This document shows positions 56,900 to 64,000 of a stretch of 64,000 nucleotides of DNA, one piece after another. A model generated the notes under the pieces. That model ran no database searches, had not been told where the DNA came from, and saw nothing but the letters and a program-made list of their open reading frames with translations. The position numbers were made by a program, and so were the translations under genes. Position 1 is the stretch's first letter, and each line of letters begins with the position of its first letter. Source of the stretch: an uncultured Eubacterium sp. (GTDB lineage: Bacteria > Bacillota > Clostridia > Lachnospirales > Lachnospiraceae); assembly GCA_910584645.1 (NCBI GenBank), contig CAJUAU010000004.1, forward strand, positions 7,333 to 71,332, read 5' to 3'.

Positions 56900-58288
56900 T
56901 TAGAAAGTAAATTTATCCTCGAAATAAGTTTTCAGATCTGTGATCTTAATCCTTTCCTGTTCCATCGTATCACGGTCGCGCACGGTCACCATTCCGTCCT
57001 CTTCCGAATCAAAATCATAGGTAATACAGAAGGGGGTTCCGATCTCATCCTGACGGCGGTAGCGTTTGCCGATATTTCCACGGTCATCATACTCACAGTT
57101 GTAGTATTTACTCAGCTCTTCAAATACTTTTTCAGCTCCCTCCCCCAGCTTTTTGGACAGCGGCAGCACACCGATCTTCACTGGCGCCAGAGCCGGATGG
57201 AAGTGCATGACCGTACGCACATCGCCGCCCTCCAGTTCTTCCTCATCATAGGCGCTGCAGAGAAAAGCAAGGGTAACACGGTCGGCGCCCAGGGAGGGCT
57301 CAATGACATAAGGTATGTATTTATCCTTGCGCTCGTCATCAAAATAACTCATATCCTCACCGGAGGTATTCTGGTGCTGGGTCAGGTCATAATCTGTACG
57401 GTCTGCGATGCCCCAGAGCTCACCCCATCCGAAGGGGAATAAAAATTCGATATCACTGGTGGCTTTGCTGTAGAAGGAAAGCTCCTCTTTATCATGGTCA
57501 CGGACCCGCATTTCCTCCTCTTTGATACCCAGATCCTGCAGCCATTTGATACAAAATTCTTTCCAGTAGGAGAACCACTCCAGGTCAGTATCCGGTACGC
57601 AGAAGAACTCCAGCTCCATCTGCTCAAATTCGCGGGTACGGAAAGTAAAATTCCCCGGTGTGATCTCATTCCGGAATGACTTTCCGATCTGGCCGATGCC
57701 GAAAGGCACTTTTTTTCTGGAAGTCCTCTGCACATTTTTGAAATTTACAAAGATTCCCTGCGCCGTCTCCGGGCGGAGATATACCGTATTTTTGGCATCT
57801 TCTGTGACGCCCTGGAAGGTCTTAAACATCAGGTTGAATTGCCGGATCTCCGTAAAATTATGCTTGCCGCAGGTGGGACAAGACACTTCCTTATCCTGGA
57901 TAAACTGTTCCATCTTTGCATTGTCCCAGCCATCCACAGACCCATCCAGCTCAATGCCATTTTCCTCTGCAAAATTTTCAATCAGCTGATCTGCGCGAAA
58001 TCTCTCATGGCATTCTTTACAGTCCATCAGCGGATCCGAAAAACCGCCCAGATGGCCGGAAGCCACCCATGTCTGTGGATTCATCAGAATTGCGCAGTCC
58101 ACACCGACATTATATTTATTCTCCTGGATAAACTTCTGCCACCATGCCTTTTTTACGTTGTTTTTCAGCTCCACTCCAAGGTTTCCGTAATCCCATGTAT
58201 TCGCCAGTCCGCCATAGATCTCCGAACCCGGATAGATGAAACCACGTCCTTTGGCAAGTGCCACAATTTTTTCCATTGTCTTTTTCAT
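56900..58288 (-). CDS. glyQS: Glycine--tRNA ligase (class II, homodimeric GlyQS type)
   Basis: [51 protein letters not shown]. Confidence 0.9.
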   Translation of the reverse strand: MKKTMEKIVALAKGRGFIYPGSEIYGGLANTWDYGNLGVELKNNVKKAWWQKFIQENKYNVGVDCAILMNPQTWVASGHLGGFSDPLMDCKECHERFRADQLIENFAEENGIELDGSVDGWDNAKMEQFIQDKEVSCPTCGKHNFTEIRQFNLMFKTFQGVTEDAKNTVYLRPETAQGIFVNFKNVQRTSRKKVPFGIGQIGKSFRNEITPGNFTFRTREFEQMELEFFCVPDTDLEWFSYWKEFCIKWLQDLGIKEEEMRVRDHDKEELSFYSKATSDIEFLFPFGWGELWGIADRTDYDLTQHQNTSGEDMSYFDDERKDKYIPYVIEPSLGADRVTLAFLCSAYDEEELEGGDVRTVMHFHPALAPVKIGVLPLSKKLGEGAEKVFEELSKYYNCEYDDRGNIGKRYRRQDEIGTPFCITYDFDSEEDGMVTVRDRDTMEQERIKITDLKTYFEDKFTF

Positions 58289-58372
58289 AATCGTCGTCCT
58301 TTCCTACTTATTATCGTATATGTATGCTATTTTACTATTGTTTGGTTTTGATTTCAACATTTTTTAAAAAAA

Positions 58373-58621
58373 TTAATGGCGCCGCCCTTTGATTTTTTTC
58401 CTCAAAAAACAAACCACTGTATAGACAAGGCAAAAAATCCCGGTACCCAGACCTGCCAGCAGCAAAACCATACCGATGCCCGTGTCACGCTCGTACTGCG
58501 CCACCATTTCCGGTGTGGGATCCTGATAGGGGAGACCCGCTTTCACGACCGTAAAATAAAGTCCTGCTATCACCAGAATCCCCCCCAATACCGCTATTAC
58601 CTGAATTATTTTTTTCTTCAT
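58373..58621 (-). CDS. Small two-TM membrane protein (82 aa), hypothetical
   Basis: KKIIQVIAVLGGILVIAGLYF and IGMVLLLAGLGTGIFCLVYTVVCF are hydrophobic helices. I recognise no family. Confidence 0.4.
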   Translation of the reverse strand: MKKKIIQVIAVLGGILVIAGLYFTVVKAGLPYQDPTPEMVAQYERDTGIGMVLLLAGLGTGIFCLVYTVVCFLRKKIKGRRH

Positions 58622-58700
58622 AAGAATCCCCTTCCTGCTTCTTAGCCCAATGGCGCTTGGAGCTGGCGCGACGATTCCTGCCAGCCTGACAGTGCCTGTA

Positions 58701-59438
58701 TCAATCCTCTATCCCCAATATCCGTTTCGCATGGGCCACTCTCTCCGGCGACGGAGGGCTGATCCCCTCCAAGGAATAGGGGATCCCCAAATTCTCCCAC
58801 TTGAAAATGCCAAGGGTATGATAGGGAAGAACCTCTACCCTCTCCACGGTCTTTAATTCCCGGATAAATGCCGCCAACGCATGAAGGTACTCGTCCCTGT
58901 CATTCCGTTCCGGCACCAGCACATGACGGATCCACATGGGCTGTCCCAGATCAGACATGAGCCTTGCCATCTCTTTTATATTTTCACCGGACTGCCCCGT
59001 CAGGATCCGGTGCCCTTCTTCATCAATATGCTTGATATCCAGCATGACAAGATCCGTGATCTGCGTCAGTTCTTTCCATTTTGAAAAAAAAGGTTCCTCT
59101 CTCGTAAATGGATTCCCGCTGGTATCCAGTGTGGTATGAATGTCCCTTTTCTTAGCTTCGGAAAACAGCTCCAGTAAAAAATCGATCTGCAGCAGAGGCT
59201 CTCCCCCACTGACGGTAATACCGCCCTCACTTCCCCAGTAAGAGCGGTACCGCAAAGCCATCTGAATCAATTCAGAAGCCGTATATTCCCTGCCGGCACG
59301 GAGATCCCAGGTGTCCGGATTGTGGCAGAACTGGCAGCGCATGTGGCAGCCGCTCAGAAATATGACATACCGGACGCCCGGTCCGTCGGCAGAACCAAAG
59401 CTTTCCAGAGAATGGACCATTCCGATTCTCTCACTCAA
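58701..59438 (-). CDS. pflA: Pyruvate formate-lyase activating enzyme (radical SAM)
   Basis: DGPGVRYVIFLSGCHMRCQFCHNPDTW, GGITVSGGEPL. Confidence 0.9.
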   Translation of the reverse strand: MSERIGMVHSLESFGSADGPGVRYVIFLSGCHMRCQFCHNPDTWDLRAGREYTASELIQMALRYRSYWGSEGGITVSGGEPLLQIDFLLELFSEAKKRDIHTTLDTSGNPFTREEPFFSKWKELTQITDLVMLDIKHIDEEGHRILTGQSGENIKEMARLMSDLGQPMWIRHVLVPERNDRDEYLHALAAFIRELKTVERVEVLPYHTLGIFKWENLGIPYSLEGISPPSPERVAHAKRILGIED

Positions 59439-59442
59439 TCTA

Positions 59443-61695
59443 TTACATCCTTTCGTGGCAGGTTCTGGAAATCACATCCAGCTGCTGCTCCCTGGTAAGG
59501 TCAATGAATTTCACGGCATAGCCGGATACACGGATCGTAAAGTTCGCGTACTCTTCCTTTTCCGGATGTTCCATGGCATCCATCAGTTTCTCCCTGCCAA
59601 AAACATTGACATTCAGGTGATGGGCACCCTGGTCAAAATAACCATCCAGCACCTGAACGAGATTTTTCACCCGCTCCTCCTCTGTGTTCCCCAGAGCTCC
59701 GGGATTGATGGTCTGGGTGTTGGAGATACCGTCCAGCGCCTCTTCATAAGGAAGTTTCGCCACGGAGTTCAGCGAGGCCAGCAGGCCATTCTGCTCTGCA
59801 CCATAGGATGGATTGGCCCCCGGCGCCAGCGGCTCTCCCGCCTTTCTTCCGTCAGGAAGGGAACCTGTGGCCTTGCCATATACCACATTGGAAGTAATGG
59901 TGAGGATCGAAGTCGTGGGTTCTGAATCCCGGTAGGTATGGCAGTTGCGGATCTTGCCCATAAAAGTACGCAGAAGCCAGACTGCCACCTCGTCTGCCCT
60001 GGGATCATCATTTCCGTACTTTGGAAAATCTCCCTCTGTCTCATAATCTATAGCCAGCCCGTCCTCGTCCCGGATCACCTTCACCTTGGCATACTTAATG
60101 GCACAAAGGGAATCTACCACATGGGAGAAGCCGGCGATGCCAGTAGCAAAAGTACGACGCACATCTGTGTCGATCAGTGCCATCTGGGATGCCTCATAAT
60201 AGTATTTATCGTGCATGTAATGAATCATATTCAGAGTTTCCACATAGGTCTGTGCCAGCCACGTCATCATCTCCTCATATTTTCCCATCACTTCCTCATA
60301 ATCCAGGTATTCTGAGGTGATGGGACGGTATTTGGGTCCCACCTGGGTCTTATTTTTCTCATCAATACCGCCGTTGATGGCATACAGAAGACACTTGGCA
60401 AGATTGGCTCTTGCCCCGAAAAACTGGATTTCTTTCCCCGTCTCCGTCGCTGATACACAGCAGCACACCGCATAATCATCGCCCCATACCGGACGCATCA
60501 CATCATCGTTTTCATACTGTACCGAGCTGGTCTTAATGGAAATATAAGACGCATATTTCTTAAAGGCCTCCGGCAGATGAGAGGAATAGAGTACCGTCAG
60601 GTTGGGCTCCGGGGAGGGGCCCATATTTTCCAGGGTGTGGAGGAAACGGAAGCAGGTCTTAGTCACCTGGGAGCGCCCATCCATGCCGATGCCGCCCACA
60701 TCCAGGGTGGCCCATACCGGATCACCGGAAAACAGCTGGTTATAGGATTCAATGCGGGCAAATTTGACCATGCGGAATTTCATGGTCATATGATCCACCA
60801 GCTCCTGTGCTTCCTTCTCCGTCAAAATACCCTTTGCCAGGTCTCTCTCTATATAAATATCCAGGAAAGTAGAGACACGTCCCACACTCATAGCCGCGCC
60901 ATTCTGCGTCTTGATGGCAGCCAGGTAGGCAAAATACAGCCACTGAAAAGCTTCCCTGGCATTTTTCGCCGGTTCCGAGATATCACAGCCATAGATCTCT
61001 GCCATCGCTTTCATTCCCTTCAGGGATTTGATCTGCTCCGCCAGTTCTTCCCGGATACGGTAATCCTTGCTCCTCATGCTGCGCCGTTCGCTGCCGGCAA
61101 AATCTTTTTCCTTTTCTTCGATCAGTGCATCGATGCCATACAGTGCTACACGCCGGTAATCCCCCACGATCCGCCCTCTTCCGTAGGTATCCGGTAGTCC
61201 GGTGAGGATCTTGCTGTGGCGCATCCGTTTCATCTCCGGGGTGTAGACCTCAAATACCGCGTCGCTGTGTGTTTTGTGATAAGCAGTAAAGATCTCGTGA
61301 AGTTTTTCATTGGGCTGATAGCCATACATCGTACAGGACTGCTCTGCCATACGGATCCCGCCGTAAGGCATAAAAGCCCGTTTGAGCGGCTTATCTGTCT
61401 GCAGGCCCACGATCTTCTCCAGGTCTTTCAGCTCCTGGCTGATATATCCAGGGCCGTGGGAAGTCAGTGAGGATACCACATCTGTATCCATATCCAGTAC
61501 ACCGCCCTTCTGGCGCTCCTCCTTCTGAAGTTCCTGCAGCCTGCCCCACAATTGATCTGTGGCTTCTGTCGGTCCCTCCAAAAACGATTCGTCGCCATCG
61601 TAGGGTTTATAGTTATTCTGGATGAAGTCACGCACATCGATGCCTTCCTTCCAAAGTCTTCCCGAAAATCCTTCCCACTGCTTAAAGTCTCTCAT
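59443..61695 (-). CDS. pflB: Formate C-acetyltransferase (pyruvate formate-lyase)
   Basis: Active-site CC in YAVCCCVSA and glycyl-radical motif TIRVSGYAV. Start moved to [10 protein letters not shown] (GGAGGAAAAA RBS). Confidence 0.9.
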   Translation of the reverse strand: MRDFKQWEGFSGRLWKEGIDVRDFIQNNYKPYDGDESFLEGPTEATDQLWGRLQELQKEERQKGGVLDMDTDVVSSLTSHGPGYISQELKDLEKIVGLQTDKPLKRAFMPYGGIRMAEQSCTMYGYQPNEKLHEIFTAYHKTHSDAVFEVYTPEMKRMRHSKILTGLPDTYGRGRIVGDYRRVALYGIDALIEEKEKDFAGSERRSMRSKDYRIREELAEQIKSLKGMKAMAEIYGCDISEPAKNAREAFQWLYFAYLAAIKTQNGAAMSVGRVSTFLDIYIERDLAKGILTEKEAQELVDHMTMKFRMVKFARIESYNQLFSGDPVWATLDVGGIGMDGRSQVTKTCFRFLHTLENMGPSPEPNLTVLYSSHLPEAFKKYASYISIKTSSVQYENDDVMRPVWGDDYAVCCCVSATETGKEIQFFGARANLAKCLLYAINGGIDEKNKTQVGPKYRPITSEYLDYEEVMGKYEEMMTWLAQTYVETLNMIHYMHDKYYYEASQMALIDTDVRRTFATGIAGFSHVVDSLCAIKYAKVKVIRDEDGLAIDYETEGDFPKYGNDDPRADEVAVWLLRTFMGKIRNCHTYRDSEPTTSILTITSNVVYGKATGSLPDGRKAGEPLAPGANPSYGAEQNGLLASLNSVAKLPYEEALDGISNTQTINPGALGNTEEERVKNLVQVLDGYFDQGAHHLNVNVFGREKLMDAMEHPEKEEYANFTIRVSGYAVKFIDLTREQQLDVISRTCHERM

Positions 61696-61710
61696 TTTTT
61701 CCTCCATTCG

Positions 61711-62136
61711 TTAACCTATCATAAATTTTATCTCGGCCTCACATGCTGTCTTTCCATCCACTGTGGCCACAGCCCTGCCGACTCCCATCGGCCCTTTGCA
61801 TTTGATGATCTCGGTCTCCAGCCGCAGCCTGTCTCCCGGTACCACCTGCCTTCTGAACTTCGCTTTATCAATTCCGCCGAAAAATGCCAGCTTTCCTTTA
61901 TTCTCCTCCAGGCTCAGGACAGCAACTGCCCCCACCTGGGCCAGCGCTTCAACGATCAGAACTCCCGGCATCACTGGTTTCTGTGGAAAATGTCCCTGAA
62001 AAAAGGGCTCGTTTACAGTCACGTTTTTATAACCTACCGCCTTTACGCCCGGCTCCATTTCCTCAATACAATCCACCAGTAAAAAGGGATAACGGTGTGG
62101 AATAATTTCTTTGATACCATTTACATCTAATAACAT
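61711..62136 (-). CDS. fabZ: 3-hydroxyacyl-ACP dehydratase
   Basis: [34 protein letters not shown]. Start moved from the TTG at 62151 to the ATG at 62136 (AAGGAGG RBS). Confidence 0.9.
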   Translation of the reverse strand: MLLDVNGIKEIIPHRYPFLLVDCIEEMEPGVKAVGYKNVTVNEPFFQGHFPQKPVMPGVLIVEALAQVGAVAVLSLEENKGKLAFFGGIDKAKFRRQVVPGDRLRLETEIIKCKGPMGVGRAVATVDGKTACEAEIKFMIG

Positions 62137-62199
62137 GTCTGCCTCCTTCAATATATATCATAATTTTTTATCAAATACAAGTAATATATAACTGCCACA

Positions 62200-62227
62200 A
62201 AATGGCAAAAGGCACAAAACGTGCCTC
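62200..62227 (-). terminator. Possible terminator between fabF and fabZ
   Basis: Minus-strand AGGCAC-GUUUU-GUGCCU followed by UUUGCCAUUUU. The stem is short (6 bp), so the call is weak. Confidence 0.35.
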
Positions 62228-62283
62228 TTCCCTTTTCTTTTGCCCAATGGTGCCACCGGGCAAAAATTTTATTTTATAAAAAG

Positions 62284-63522
62284 TTAATCTTCATAAGCTT
62301 TGAAAATAAGTGTCGCATTGTGACCGCCAAAACCAAGGGAATTGGACATCGCAATCTTAACCTCTGTCTCAATGCCTTCTCCCTTCACACAGTCCAGATC
62401 ACATTCCGGATCCTGGTTAACCAGCCCTGCATTCACATGTACATAATTTTCCATGATGGATTTCACGCAGGCAATGGTCTCCACACCGCCTGCCGCCCCC
62501 AAAAGATGGCCTACCATGGATTTGGTGGAGCTGACTTTACACTGATAAGCCGCCTCACCCATAGCCAGCTTAATCGCTCTTGTCTCAAAGAGATCGTTCA
62601 TGTGGGTGCTGGTTCCATGAGCATTAATATAGTCCACATCTTCCGGCTTGATTCCTGCATCTTTGATGGCAAATTCCATGGCCTTCGCCGCACCGCTTCC
62701 ATCTTCCGCCGGGGAAGTAATATGATAGGCGTCATTGGTGGCGCCATATCCAGTCACCTCTGCATAAATCTTAGCACCTCGCTTTTTCGCATGCTCCAGC
62801 TCCTCCAAAACGACGATGCCTGCACCTTCTCCCATCACAAATCCGCTGCGGTCCACATCAAAAGGAATCGATGCCTTAGCCGGATCTGTCGAAAGGGACA
62901 GAGCTGTCATACTGGTAAATCCAGCTACCCCAAGCTCCGTGATCGCCGCCTCGGAACCTCCGGCAACCATCACATCCGCTTCACCGTACTGGATTGAACG
63001 GAATCCTTCACCGATACAATGTGTTCCTGTGGCACAGGCTGTCACGATATTGATATTCTTTCCTTTTAAACCAAACTGGATCGCAACATTTCCTGCGGCA
63101 ATGTTGGAGATCAGCATCGGGATCATCAGTGGAGATACCCTGTTTGGCCCCTTATCTAACAGCTTCTTATACTCTCTCTGGGTGCACTGGAGACTTCCGA
63201 TCCCACAGCCCACACTGGTTCCAACCAGAAAAGGATCTTCTTGTTCCATATCCAGCCCGCTGTCTTCCAGGGCCTGTTTTGCCGCTGCCACTGCAAACTG
63301 GGCAAAGCGCTCCATTCGTCTCGCTGATTTGGGATCCATATATTCCTTAGGGTCAAAGTCCTTTACCTCAGCTGCCAGCTTTGCCTTATAATCGGTGGTG
63401 TCGATCTGAGTCATCGGACCGATGCCTACCACGCCTTTCTTTACGTTGTCCCAGAATTCATCGACCGTATTTCCAATCGGTGTGATCGCTCCCATTCCAG
63501 TTATGACTACTCGTCTGCTCAT
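62284..63522 (-). CDS. fabF: Beta-ketoacyl-ACP synthase II
   Basis: RVVITGMG, active-site Cys in TACATGTH, HGTSTHMND, GHLLGAAG. Confidence 0.9.
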   Translation of the reverse strand: MSRRVVITGMGAITPIGNTVDEFWDNVKKGVVGIGPMTQIDTTDYKAKLAAEVKDFDPKEYMDPKSARRMERFAQFAVAAAKQALEDSGLDMEQEDPFLVGTSVGCGIGSLQCTQREYKKLLDKGPNRVSPLMIPMLISNIAAGNVAIQFGLKGKNINIVTACATGTHCIGEGFRSIQYGEADVMVAGGSEAAITELGVAGFTSMTALSLSTDPAKASIPFDVDRSGFVMGEGAGIVVLEELEHAKKRGAKIYAEVTGYGATNDAYHITSPAEDGSGAAKAMEFAIKDAGIKPEDVDYINAHGTSTHMNDLFETRAIKLAMGEAAYQCKVSSTKSMVGHLLGAAGGVETIACVKSIMENYVHVNAGLVNQDPECDLDCVKGEGIETEVKIAMSNSLGFGGHNATLIFKAYED

Positions 63523-63558
63523 TGAATTTAATCCTCCTAAATCATTATGCTTCCATTT

Positions 63559-64000
63559 TTACATCGCAATACCGCCATCTACACAGAGTACCTGGCCGGT
63601 TATGTATTTTGCCTTATCCGAAGCAAGAAATACCACTGCCTCTGCAATATCCTCTACCTGTCCAAATTTTCCAAGAGGTATGGTGGCCACAGCCGCTTCC
63701 TTCACTGAATCAGATAACACCTCTGTCATCTCCGTCTCCACAAATCCCGGCGCAACTGCATTTACTGTAATATTTCTGGAGGCCAGTTCCTTCGCTGTCG
63801 CCTTGGTCAGACCGATCACTCCGGCTTTCGATGCCGAATAATTTGCCTGTCCCATATTTCCTGTCACGCCGGAGACAGAAGCAATATTTATGATCCTGCC
63901 GCTTCTCTGCTTCATCATCGGACGGGTCACAAATTTTACACCATGGAATGTTCCTGCCAGATTGGTCTGGATCACACTCTGAAACTCCTGCTCTGACATT
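63559..64000 (-). CDS. fabG: 3-oxoacyl-ACP reductase, C-terminal part only (gene runs off the right edge)
   Basis: SDR motifs NIASVSG and YSASKAG (YxxxK), then [15 protein letters not shown]. The frame is open to position 64000. Confidence 0.85.
   Translation of the reverse strand, partial: MSEQEFQSVIQTNLAGTFHGVKFVTRPMMKQRSGRIINIASVSGVTGNMGQANYSASKAGVIGLTKATAKELASRNITVNAVAPGFVETEMTEVLSDSVKEAAVATIPLGKFGQVEDIAEAVVFLASDKAKYITGQVLCVDGGIAM

Noticed and set aside
58289-58372. Expected T-box riboswitch upstream of glyQS
   Set aside because: The intergenic spacer is only 84 nt. I saw no T-box sequence (AATTAGGGTGGTACCGCG-like) or specifier-loop architecture. glyQS probably follows the small membrane-protein gene without a T-box.
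1-64000. CRISPR arrays, rRNA/tRNA genes, prophage or integrative-element hallmarks
   Set aside because: I saw no regularly spaced direct repeats, no tRNA-like cloverleaf candidates in the intergenic regions examined, and no integrase, recombinase or capsid genes. Absence is judged by eye only; tRNAscan-SE and CRISPR finders should confirm it.

Overview
This is a 64-kb chromosomal segment from a Firmicutes/Clostridia-type genome, Lachnospiraceae-like by gene content; that assignment is inference, since no database search was possible. Nearly all genes are on the minus strand. From left to right the window holds:

- **1-11.3 kb:** an ECF sigma/anti-sigma pair followed by secreted and surface proteins and a hybrid histidine kinase plus response regulator.
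- **11.6-18.6 kb:** small housekeeping and accessory genes (XRE regulator, esterase, NUDIX, UDG), a chemoreceptor and a LytTR two-component system.
- **18.66-22.86 kb:** a conspicuously AT-rich two-gene island, described below.
- **23.1-36.7 kb:** the conserved block dapA-dapB-murF-priA-def-fmt-rsmB-rlmN-stp-prkC-rsgA-rpe, headed by a lysine (L-box) riboswitch.
- **37-45.9 kb:** cobO-like, SSB-like, typA, DUF2156, LicD, a Wzx-like flippase, an Rpn-family nuclease and a YoaK-like protein.
- **46-55.1 kb:** four ABC half-transporters in two pairs, one pair with a DUF1854 gene.
- **55.4-64 kb:** glyQS, pflA/pflB and fabZ/fabF/fabG.

No rRNA, tRNA, CRISPR array, integrase or transposase (other than the Rpn-like gene) was recognised.

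The most interesting locus is the low-GC island. It encodes a 2TM + Macro-domain protein resembling the type II Thoeris effector ThsA. Its only partner is a 1,093-aa protein with a zinc ribbon and a nucleoside-2-deoxyribosyltransferase/TIR-like module instead of a canonical small TIR ThsB. I propose this pair as a candidate undescribed Thoeris-like defence system.

Secondary finds are a 32-codon leader ORF with terminator/antiterminator architecture upstream of an ABC exporter pair, and a 142-bp triple-hairpin insertion flanked by a 15-bp direct repeat inside the other ABC operon.

All domain calls rest on motif recognition by eye. Several start codons were moved relative to the ORF track on the basis of Shine-Dalgarno placement.
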